A DNA stretch of 64,000 nt from Mobula hypostoma. Taxonomy: Eukaryota. Position numbers and translations under genes: made by a program. Under the pieces are notes generated by a model. That model was not told where the DNA came from. It ran no database searches and saw nothing but the letters and a program-made list of their open reading frames with translations. The stretch spans positions 8,618,001-8,682,000 of the forward strand of contig NC_086098.1 of the NCBI RefSeq assembly GCF_963921235.1, given 5' to 3'. Each line of letters starts with the position of its first letter. Position 1 is the first letter of the stretch. Below are positions 12,706 to 23,155 of the stretch, piece by piece.

Positions 12706-13589
12706 GTACCTCTTCCTGGAGCTGCTGCCTGGCCTGCTGCGTTCACCAGCAACTTTGATGTGTGTTGCTTGAGCCTGCAGATCTCTACTTGCATCACCCT
12801 GTATCTGCAATTCCTCTTGTGAATGCTGTATGCACTCATTAGATAGCAGTGCCGCAGACTGCTTTTCTTCCCTAATTTTTGTCACATGGTTTTCAAGTAA
12901 TAGCATTACCTCAGTTACGTTGATTTCATCTGCATCATTTGTAAGACTAAAATCTTTTTGTTTAAGAATATTAATTATCGCATGCTTAACTTTTAAAGTT
13001 GCTGTTTTTCAAGTCTATCTGCTATTTCCAAGTTTTCCTTTTCTTGAACCATAACCTGTAGTTGTTTACTGAGATCTCGAAGTTCTTCTTCATTTGTTTG
13101 CATGTTTTCATTTTATAATCTGAATGCAGATAATTCACTTTGCAACAATTCATTTTTCTTTTGCAACTTGGTAATAAGTTCCACCATTTTTCCGATCTCT
13201 TTTCCATCTCACAGTTGCTGTTATTGAGTACTTCTATTTGTTGTTGGAGTTCTGCACGTTTATGATGATTATGAAGACACATAGTCCTCTTTTATTGTCA
13301 TTTAGTAATGCATGTATTAAGAAATGATACATTATTTCCTCCGGTGTGATATCACAAAACACAGGACAAACCAAGACTGAAAAATCTGACAAAACCACAT
13401 AACCTGGATTTCAACCATGTTTCTTGTATACATACAATCTGAGGTTTTTCCTTAAGTTCTGATACATATTTCTTAAATTTTTGACCATTTGCAATAAGAC
13501 TCCTTGCATTCCATTGTAAAATATATACTGCCATTAATATCCTGCCTCCCCTGCCTGTAAACTGTTTGATCCTCCATTCAGCGTATTAG

Positions 13590-14270
13590 ATTATGAGAAC
13601 ACTCAGTCCTCTTTTATTGTCATTTAGAAAGGCATACGTGCATTAAGAAATGATATAATGTTTCTCCGGAGTGATATCACAGAAAATGGGACAAACGAAA
13701 GACTAACACTGACAGGTTCACATAATTATAACATATAGTTATAGCAGTACAAAGCAACACCATAGTTTGATGAAGAACAAACCATGGGCACGGTAAATAA
13801 AGTCTCAAAAGTCCCCGAGTCGATCCGCTCCCGAGTCCCCGATAGCAGGCGGCAAAAGGGAGAAACTCCCTGCTATAAACCTCCAGGCACCATCAACTTG
13901 CCGACGCCTTGGAAGCAGCCGACCACAGCTGACACTGAGTTCATCCGTCCGAAAACTTGGAGCTTCCAACCAGCCTCTCCGATACAGCCTCCCAGGCGTC
14001 ATCCTCTGCCGAGCGCCTTCAACCTCGCCCCGGCCACTGAAACGCGCAAAGCCGAGGATCTCGGGGCCCTCTGCTCCGGAGATTCCGGTTACCACACAGT
14101 AGCAGCGGCAGGGAAGCAAGCATTTCAGGAGTTTTCCAGATGTTCCTCCGTACTCTCACGTCTATCTCCATCAAATCAGAATTGTGCACAGTCCCCTACT
14201 TGACAGATAACAGACATCACCACTGAAGTGGCCGCGCGCGCTGCCGTCGCGCCGCCATCTTCTCCTCCTC
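13590..14270 (-). mobile_element. Non-autonomous ~670-bp retroelement, copy 2 (inserted at the end of Nimb ORF1)
   Basis: Reverse-complement homolog of 288-958. Confidence 0.75.
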
Positions 14271-16212
14271 CATCATTTCTTTGACTACTTCCCACTTAAG
14301 CCCTGTAATACCAAGATATTCTTCTGCAGACTTGAGTATAATTTTAATTTTTTCAGTTCTTTTGTTTGTTTGCACTGAACAGTTAATTACATCTACCAGA
14401 AACAGTACGAAATCCCTTCTACTTATTATTAGTGTATCCTTATTTAAAATATTACAGCCCTCACAATTCACCGGTTTATTATTCCCTGTATTTGTTTGCT
14501 TGATAGCCTTCTCCTTTTCAGCAAATCCTTTCACTGCCTCTGCGTACCTGATCCTTTGAGTTACTTTTACATGTTGTATCTCAGCTGCCTTCTTGCTATT
14601 AACGCACCCTCGATAAGCTGCGTTGTGTTCCTCGCCACAACTGCGGCATTTCAGCCTAGCTCCCGCCTCTCATTTCCCATATTCATGTTCTCCCGCGCAT
14701 CTCCCACATCTTTGTTTCCCTCTGCAGACCACCGCAATATGCCCGAATTTCTGATATTTAAAGCATCTTAAAGGCAGTGGTATATATATTCTGACCTCAT
14801 AACACATGTACTCTAAATAAACTTTAGTCGGCAATCTTTCTTCATCAAAGTTGATCATAACCGATAAACTATCACACTTTCTTCCATTTCTTGTAACTTT
14901 CAAACGTTTGGCCTCAATAATTTTTCCTCCTTTTATGTTCTGTTTTGATCTCATCCATAGTAACTTTTTTTGGTATCCCTGAAATAACTCCCCTAGTCCA
15001 CTTTTTATTGTTGGGCATTGAGCATCGTACTTTTTTGCGGTCTGTTTTATTTAATCTTATCACTTTGCCTTGCCGAGCACTATCCCGACAAATCACTAAT
15101 AGCAATCCATTTCGTAAAATTTTGCTCTTTTGACCTCGCCTGTAAGTTTGTTGATTATCTTCGTCAAATGAATCAGGTTCCAATCACCAAAAGACACCCT
15201 GTCTTCACTCAGTTTTATAATTGCTTTAATCTCATCTTCTTTCCATTGTTTTGCTATCCTATTTTGATCATCCCCTGACTCCTCAGAGTTTGACATCTCA
15301 TACTTCTGTTTTCTTTTCTTACTCTTTTCACTCCATTCTTCTTTCCCACCAACCTCCATCTCTAACTCACTTCCACTATCCGATTCACCTCCAACCAAAA
15401 CTCTCCCAGCCATGCGTACTTTCTCTCACTCGCCCAGGTTGTCCCAGCTCATTCGCCCCACATAGGTTTCCTCTGGGTGCTCCAGTTTTTTTCCCACAGT
15501 TCAAAGACATACCAGTTAGAAAATTAATTGGTCATTGTAAATTGTCCTGTGATTAGGTTGGTGTTAATTAGGTCAGTTGTTGGGCAGTGCGGCTCATTGG
15601 GCCAAAAGGACCCGTTCCACCCTGTATCTCTAAATAAATAAAATAAATTTAAAGTTGAAACAAGTTGGAGGAACTCAGCCAGTCAGGCAGCATCTTTGGA
15701 GGCAGATGGTTGGTCGACATCCTGGATCAAGACCCTGGTACAGATTCTAGAAGCTGGTAATTAAGGTGATAATTGGAACCAGATAAGGAAAGGATGATGA
15801 ATGGATAGAACCAGTGGGGGAAGGGATAAGCCCATAATCATAATCAGGTGCTTCCAGAAACAAGTGAGGCAGAAAGTAGAAGAATACCACTGGAAAATCG
15901 AAGGAGACTTTGTCTTGTGAGGTGGAGGTGGGGGTGGGGGTGGGTTTAGTTTATTTTGCCGGTTGAAACCCACTTTCGCCATGCCGGTCATTGATTGGCC
16001 TGTTTAAAGGATGTGGCTGCTCTTTCCCATTGGTTGTCTTGTGCACCACAGCACTAGATTCCACTTCCAGGCGTCTTGGGGTATAAGAATAGCACATGAA
16101 AGATTTAATCTCTCTTTGTCTTGTCTCCAGGGCTTGCTTCAGGCTGAAGTCATGAAGGACCATTGGGAAAGAGTGTTGCACACATAGATAACAGCCCCGC
16201 TGCGCCCCCCCC

Positions 16213-16214
<2 letters not shown>

Positions 16215-16250
<36 letters not shown>
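16215..16250. repeat. (CA)n microsatellite preceded by a C run
   Basis: Direct inspection. Confidence 0.95.
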
Positions 16251-16251
<1 letters not shown>

Positions 16252-16685
16252 TTGTTTAGTTAAGTATTTGTTTTGTGGCATGTTTTGTTCTTCAGTTTTA
16301 TAATTAGGGGAGATCTAATGGAGTACTCATTAAGTTAAAGGGTGACTGAATGTTCAGTAAAGGTCAAAGATTCAAATTTTCATTTTATTATCAAAGTATA
16401 CAACTCTGAAATGCTTCTTCTCCGGATAGCCATGAAACCACAAAAGAAAAGTACAGCAGCATAATCATCAAACCCCAAATCCCCTCACAAAAACAAACAA
16501 AACGGAACAGGCACACTGACCCCCAAATCCCCTACCACCCCCGGCACACAAAAACATGAGAAAGATCAGGCTAAAAACACAGAATATAAAAAACTCTAAG
16601 ACTGAAAAAATGTCCATAGTCCAAGTCCACATTCAAAATGTAGAAAACCTGGGTAACAATTCTCCAGGCCCAGTGACAGGCCTTG

Positions 16686-17050
16686 CCCTCTCCATAGCAG
16701 AGCAATCCCACCAATGATCAAAAGGCAGTCTCCCCTCTCTGTAGCAGAGCAATCCCCCAGTGATCAAAAGGCAGTCTCCCTCTCCATAGCAGAGCAATCC
16801 CCCTGTGATCAAAAGGCAGTCTCCCCTCTGTGTGCAGAGAGATCCCCCAGCGATCAAAAGACAGTCATCCCTCTCCATAGCAGAGCAAATCCCCAGTGAC
16901 CAAAAGGCAGTCTCCCCTCTCCATGCAGAGGGCTCCCCCAGTGATCAAAAGGCAGTCTCCCCTCTCTGTAGCACAGCGAATCCACCAGCGAACAAAAGGC
17001 AGTCTCCCTCTCTGTAACAGAGCGATTCCACCAGCGATCAAAAGGCAGGC
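16686..17050. repeat. Minisatellite, ~8 units of ~45-47 bp
   Basis: Unit ~CAGAGCAATCCCCCAGTGATCAAAAGGCAGTCTCCCCTCTCCATAG, head to tail with no unique spacers. Confidence 0.9.
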
Positions 17051-18119
17051 AGCCGGTACTCCCCTTCCAAACTTGCCTTGATGTTTCAATCTCCCTCATC
17101 AGTTTAATCAGTGAACAATAGAAATTTTAATTGGCGAAATGGAGTCAAACTTCGGTTTGTGCCCTGCAGCCATCTTGCCACAAAGTTCACGCACGCTGCC
17201 TCTGCCTCCCAGAATCCTCTCAAAGATTGCAGAGCACTGAAACAATCTCCAAACTGCAAATCACAGGCTCCAACAGTTCCAGAATCACATTCAAGACCAA
17301 AAACAAACATGAAAGACATAAAGGAAGTGAAATATATGAGTATTGTAGTTTTGTGTAGTTTAGATGAGCACTTGTTCACCTAGATGCCCGGTTTAGTGTT
17401 TCACTGTTCATTTATAAATAAATAGTTAATATGCTCATTCACAATCTGTTTCCTCTGATTCACTCATTGGACCCTTGAGACTGTCTCCACGTTACAGACT
17501 TGGATTAGATTTACTGGAAAAGGCACCACTGTATATCATCACTGAAACCCTCCTTTGACTATCTTAACTCTTTCTCTTCAATTCTTAAAAGGACAGTTCC
17601 TCAATGTGTGACCCATCCTATGATACAAACACATGTCAGCCTTTCAACCATTCCTGTAGCATTTTGAATTCTATATGTAACATAATGATTTATCATATAT
17701 AATTTATTTGGTAATTTGATCTATCATTTCCTCATGTACTGAGTTCCAGTGAGTGAGGAACGTTGTTTCTTTTCATTGTATATATGTACAATCAGATGAC
17801 AATAAACTAGAACTTGAAGAAGCCTTTCCTAAAAGATTGAGGCATTCCACTTCACAAGCTACCCATCTGCCTGTCCTTGCCCCATCTGTGGTTACAGTAC
17901 TAGCCTCATCAGCCACCTCACAAATCGCAAAACCAGATTGAAAGGAAGCCATTCTCAGTCCAAAATGATTTCCTATGAAGAATACCCAATTGGATAACAA
18001 GTTTTCCCAGAATGTGTGAACCCACATGTTCAGTTATTTAAATACTCCTACTTCCAACTCATTGACAATTAAAAATATTGGCATTCATCTTGGTGTTTGA
18101 GGGGTATAATTCAGAGTCT

Positions 18120-18715
18120 TAGAAAAGTACATCACAGAAATAGGAATTTAGCCCAATAGTCTGTGCTGAGCCATTTAAGCTGCCCATTCCCATTGACCTG
18201 CACTGGGACCATAGCCCTCCATACCCCTACCATCCATTTATCTATCCAAATTTCTCTTAAGTGTTGAAATCAAGCTTGCATGCTCCACTTGTGGTGGCAG
18301 CTTGTTCTACATCACACTCTCATGAGTGAAGAAAATTCCCCTCACGTTCCCCTTAAACTTTTTACCTTTCACCCTTAACCCATGATCTCTAGTTGAAGTT
18401 CACCCAACCTCAGTGGAAAATTCCTGTTTGCATTTACCTTATCTATATTCCACATAATTTTGCATACCTCTATTAAATCTCTTCTCAATCTTCTACATTC
18501 CAGGGAATAAAGTCCTAACTTATTCGATCTTTCCATGTAAGTCAGGTCCTGCAGTCCCAGAAATATCCTTGTAAACTTTCTCTATACTTTTTCAACCTTA
18601 CTTACAGCTTTCTTGTATTCAGGTAACCAAAACTGCACCCAATACTCCAATCCTTACCGATGTCCTGTACAACTTCAACATAACATCCTAGCTCCTGTAC
18701 TCAATACTTTGAGTT
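18120..18715 (-). mobile_element. Old CR1 LINE 3' fragment
   Basis: Reverse complement of LEYWVQFW-type RT C-terminus and CR1 3' UTR. Confidence 0.7.
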
Positions 18716-19641
18716 ATGCAGGATGTTTTGTTTTGTGGAATAAAAATCAAAAGGGATGCAAGGCAGTTGACTTCATTATTTGCAAAGGTTCTATTGTTAA
18801 GTTGTAGGCCAATTTCCATTACTTGTAATGTGTCTCCATAACTCAACATTCACATCCACTTAGAATAGACGGTGTTTATTATTGGTGGGATGTAGTCTTT
18901 CATGTTCTTTATATATTTGTTTCTCTTTCAAATTAAAATGAATAAACAATCAATAGTTTTCATGTATATAGCATAATTCATGGAGTAAATGTATTGTAAC
19001 GCTCTTCATAGGAAAGACAGCAAAAGTCAAAAAAAATTATCTTAGTAAGTAAAGATTAAGGTAGGTGACCAGAGTTTTAAATGAGGGATTTCAAGAGAAA
19101 AGTAGAGAGTTTGGGAGGAAATTATGCCCTTAACAATCAAAGTTACCACAGTCAATAACAGAAATTAAATTTAGGAATTTATTAAGCGCAAGAAAGATGA
19201 ACAGAAGATGGAGCAGCAGAATTTTAAATGATTTCAATTTTATAGAGAATAGACCGAGTCTTGGCCAGCAGAAGTCCAGAGAATTATCGAGAATGTTTAA
19301 CTTATGTCCAAACTGAATCCAATTCCACTTCTGGTATAACTTCCACCTTTCAGCTTTTGAAAGTTGCCCAGTATTTTCCCCATTCCATAGCTTAGGACAA
19401 AGGGAAATATTGCAGCAGTAAGATGGTGCCATCTTGTGGTAAGGAACAGCACTTTTTTTTTGTAATGAACTTGCTGTTACATTTGTAGTGGCTAACTAGA
19501 AGAAAACGTATTGAATCAGACGTATCATTGCAGAATTGGTAATCTCAACATAGTTACTCTAATGTTAAACACTGCGATGCTGTGTAGAACTGTCATGTGA
19601 ATGCACCAAAACAAGTTCTATCCATAAAGTAGCTGAAAATA

Positions 19642-19995
19642 CTCAAGCAACACACATAAAAGTTGCTGGTGAACGCAGCAGGCCAGGCAGCATCTCTAGG
19701 GAGAGGTACAGTCGACGTTTCAGGCCGAGACCCTTCGTCAGAACTAACTGAAAGAAGAGCTAGTAAGAGATTTGAAAGTGGGAGGGGGAGGGGGAGAGGG
19801 AGATCCAAAATGGTAGGAGAAGACAGGAGGGGGAGGGATGGAGCCAAGAGCTGGACAGGTGATTGGCAAAAGGGATATGAGAGGATCATGGGACGGGAGG
19901 CCTAAGGAGAAAGAAAGGGGGAGGGGTAAAGCCCAGAGGATGGGCAAGGAGTATAGTGAGAGGGACAGAGGGAGAAAAAGGAGAGAGAGAAAAAG

Positions 19996-20040
<45 letters not shown>
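19642..20040 (-). mobile_element. PLE 3' terminus with expanded (CA)n
   Basis: Homologous to 12405-12770 and 30520-30880. Confidence 0.85.
19710..19745 (-). ncRNA. Minimal hammerhead ribozyme motif (intact core)
   Basis: AGTT-CTGACGA-AGGGTCTCGGCCT-GAAAC-GTC-GACT; one wobble pair in stem I. Confidence 0.75.
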
Positions 20041-20041
<1 letters not shown>

Positions 20042-20050
20042 TTTTTTTTC

Positions 20051-20270
20051 TTTAAGGCTGTATATTCGGTTTTCATAAATTGTTCTGGCAGGTCCAACAA
20101 TCATCCCTGTCCACCTCGTAAGTGTCATATCTTCATCATCTTCGAGCCCCCAACTTACTGTCCCATCACTTGCTCCCTTCTGGCCATCTTCTAGTTCTTC
20201 CAAAAGGTGAAAATTACGTGGAACTGTTACAGTCTTGCTCCCGGTGGTCGCCATCTTGTGTCGCTACCGG
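20051..20270 (-). pseudogene. UBE2V1: Processed, 3'-truncated retrocopy of ubiquitin-conjugating enzyme E2 variant 1
   Basis: [73 protein letters not shown] and ATTGS favour UBE2V1 over UBE2V2; ATG at 20254 in CAAGATGGCG context; intronless; homology stops at codon ~68. Confidence 0.9.
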
Positions 20271-20271
20271 C

Positions 20272-21125
20272 CATTTACCAGGGCGGGAATGGATTCTCAA
20301 TATTCCTGGATTTCAGTGCTTTAAAAGGGATAGAGAGGGCGGAAAAAGGGGAGGAGGGGTGGCATTACTGGTCAGGGATACTATTACAGCTACAGAAAGG
20401 GTGGGTAATGTAGCAGGATCCTCTTTTGAGTCAATATGGGTAGAAGTCAGGAACAGGAAGGAAGCAGTTACTCTACTGGGGGTATTCTATAGGCCCCCTA
20501 GTAGCAGCAGAGATACAGAGGAGCAGATTGGGAGGCAGATTTTGGAAAAGTGCAAAAATAACAGGGTTGTTATCATGGGTGACTTTAACTTCCCTAATAT
20601 TGATTGGCATCTGATTAATTCCAAGGGTTTAGATGGGGCAGAGTTTGTTAAGTGTGTCCAGGATGGATTCCTGTCACAGTATGTGGACAGGCCGACCAGG
20701 GGGAATGCCATACTAGATCTAGTACTAGGTAATGAACCGGGTCAGGTCACAGATTTCTCAGTGGGTGAGCATCTGGGGGACAGTGACCACCGCTCCCTGG
20801 CCTATAGCATTATCATGGAAAAGGATAGAATCAGAGAGGACAGGAAAATTTTTCATTGGGGAAAGGCAAATTATGAGGCTATAAGGCTAGAACTTGTGGG
20901 TGTGAATTGGGATGATGTTTTTGCAGGGAAATGTACATGTGGTCGATGTTTAGAGATCTCTTGCGGGATGTAAGGGAGAAATTTGTCCTGGTGAGGAAGA
21001 TAAAGAATGGTAGGGTGAAGGAACCATGGGTGACAAGTGAGGTGGAAAATCTAGTCAGGTGGAAGAAGGCAACATACATAAGGTTTAGGAAGCAAGGATC
21101 AGATGGGTCTATTGAGGAATATAGA
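20272..21125 (+). mobile_element. CR1 LINE ORF2 fragment (APE endonuclease and linker)
   Basis: GGGVALLV, GVFYRPP, MGDFNFP, ILDLVL and GDSDH motifs. Confidence 0.9.
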
Positions 21126-21224
21126 TTCACTGGTTGACAGTGAGTAGAAGTGAGAAGAGACCATAGCCTGGATGGTGGGGGTCCTTGTGATGGATGCTGC
21201 TTTCCTTTGACAGCACTCCATGTA

Positions 21225-22814
21225 CAAACCCCATTCCCAGAAAAGTTAGGATATTTTCCAAGATGCAATAAAAACAAAAATCTGTGATATGTTAATTCAC
21301 ATGTAACTGACAAAAGTACAAAGAAAAGATTTTCAATAGTTTTACTGACCAACTTAATTGTATTTTGTAAACATACTCAAATTTAGAAATTGATGGCTGC
21401 AACACACTCAACAAAAGTTGGGACAGAGGCATGTTTACCATCGTGTTACATCACCTTTCCTATTAATAACACTCTTTAATCGTTTTGGAACTGAGGATAC
21501 TAATTGTAGTAGACTTGCAATTGGAAATTTTGTCTATTCTTGCTTGATATAAGACTATAGCTGCTCAACAGTCCGTGGTCTCCGTTGTCTGATTCTCCTC
21601 TTCATGATGCGCCATACATTTTCAATGGGAGATAGATCTGGACTGGCAGTAGGCCAGTCAAGCACACACACTCTGTGTCTACAAAGCCACGCTGTTGTAG
21701 CCCATGCAGAATGTGGTCTGGCATTGTCCTGCTGAAATAAGCATGGACATCCCGGGAAGAGACGTCGCCCTGATGGCAACATATGTCTCTCTGAAATCCT
21801 AATACACGCCTCAGAGTCAGTGGTACCTTCACATCCATGCAACTCACCCATGCCATGGGCACTGATGCACCCCCATACCATCACAGATGCTGGCTTTTGC
21901 ACTTTCTGCTGATAACAATCTGGATGGTCGTTTTCATCTTTGCCACGGAGAACTACGCCCGTTTTTTCTGAAAACTAGCTGAAATGTGGACTCATCTGAC
22001 CACAGCACAGGGTTCCACGGTCTTTCAGTCCATCTGAGATGAGCTCGGGCCCAGAGAACTCGCCGGCGTTTCTGCATAGAGTTGCTGTATGGCTTCCTCC
22101 TTGCGTAATACAGTTTCAAGTTGCATTTCTGGATGCAGCGACGGACTGTGTTGAGTGACAATGGTTTTCCGAAGTACTCCCGAGCCCAGCTGGCTATAAT
22201 TGTCACAGTAGCATGACGGTTTCTTAGGCAGTGCCGCCTGAGGGCTCGAAGATCACGCACATTCAACAGTGGTTTCCGACTTTGCCCTTTACGCACTGAG
22301 GTGTCTCTGAATTCTCTGAATCTTTTCACAATATTATGTACTGTAGATGTTGAAAGACCTAAATTCTCTGCAATCTTGCATTGAGAAATGTTCCTTTTGA
22401 ACTTACTAACAATTCTCTCACGAATTTTGGCACAAAGGGGTGAGCCACAACCCATCCTTGCTTGCAAAGACTGAGCCTTTGATGGACGCTACTTTTATAC
22501 CCAGTCATGATACCTCACCTGCTACCAATTAGCCTGCTTAATGTGGAGTCTTCCAAACTGATGTTACTTGAATATCTTGTGCACTTTTCAATCTTATTTT
22601 AACTGTCCCAACTTTTGTTGAGTGTGTTGCAGCCATCAAATTCTAAATTTGTGTATATTTACAAAATACAATTAAGTTGGTCAGTAAAACTATTGAAAAT
22701 CTTTTCTTTGTACTTTTGTCAGTTAAATAAAGGTTCACGTGAATTAACATATCACAGATTTTTGTTTTTATTGCATTTTGGAAAATATCCCAACTTTTCT
22801 GGAAATGGGGTTTG
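21225..22814 (-). mobile_element. Full-length Tc1 (DD34E) transposon with disrupted transposase
   Basis: ~200-bp TIRs starting CAAACCCCATT; TA TSDs at 21223-24 and 22815-16; WSDES, QQDNA and SPDLSPIEN with 34 residues between D and E; inserted in a Rex1 fragment. Confidence 0.95.
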
Positions 22815-23155
22815 TAGATATGCTCACTGGTGGGGAAGGCTTTGCCTGTAATGGACTGGACTGTATCCACCATTGAAGTTGACACATGGTCAATGTGCAT
22901 AGACCTGTGTATGAGTTTTAATTGTTACACCAGAATACATCAGGGATCTGTCTTGGTGCAAGACAGGCTCTGAATAGGCCAGATAGGACAGGAATGCCAA
23001 GCTCTGTGTAGGAGATTGAAGGCATCCATTAGTCTTGCGAGACCATGGATCTGCGCCTGGAAAGTCTTCACTCTCCAGGGCGCAGGACTGGGCAAGGTTG
23101 TATGGAAAACAAGCAGTTGCCCATGCTGCAAGTCTCCCCACTCCACTACACCAAT

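Larger units (their letters stand above)
11790..12768. mobile_element. Inverted (head-to-head) pair of PLE 3' ends
   Basis: 11790-12260 (-) and 12260-12768 (+) are near reverse complements and match 30365-30880; 13-bp TSD TTGAGCCTGCAGA at 11777-11789 and 12769-12781. Confidence 0.9.
11760..13260 (-). pseudogene. Captured coiled-coil host coding fragment (tentatively GCC2/GCC185-like), split by a PLE insertion
   Basis: Degenerate frame ..ELITKLQKKNELLQSEL..EEELRDLSKQLQVMVQEKENLE..DADEINVTEVMLLLENHVTKIREEKQSAALLSNECIQHSQEELQ..DLQAQLDCLK; no TE motifs; GCC2 resemblance from memory only. Confidence 0.45.
11644..15457 (-). mobile_element. Nimb (I-group) LINE, internally deleted and chimeric: ORF1 (15413-~13540, frameshifted), ORF2 APE start (13534-13403), 3' end (11725-11644)
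   Basis: ORF1 knuckles LRCFKYQKFGHIAVVC and RCGRCAGEHEYGK; ORF2 ILQWNARSL..VCIQETWLK; 3' end CCAGCAGGTGGCGGTAATGCACC..(AAG)n; 13-bp TSD CCACATAGGTTTC at 11631-11643 and 15458-15470. Confidence 0.85.
11520..15645 (+). mobile_element. tRNA-derived SINE split by the Nimb insertion (head 11520-11643, body and tail 15458-15645)
   Basis: B-box-like GAGTTCAATCCC at ~11580-11591; continues GGTTTCCTCTGGGTGCTCCAG after the insertion; (TAAA)n tail. Confidence 0.75.

Noticed and set aside
11838..12906. Cluster of Pro/Ser/Gly-rich ORFs
   Set aside because: Translations of the low-complexity non-coding PLE terminus, repeated at every copy.
16686..17050. Possible CRISPR array or repeat-protein ORFs
   Set aside because: Contiguous tandem units without unique spacers, eukaryotic context and no cas genes; the ORFs in several frames are by-products of the repeat.
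19886..20254. Functional UBE2V1 gene
   Set aside because: Homology stops at about half length and runs into (CA)n and PLE sequence; no introns or promoter.
20122..20973. 283-aa ORF as a novel protein
   Set aside because: Antisense UBE2V1 sequence fused by chance to a CR1 endonuclease frame; non-ATG start.
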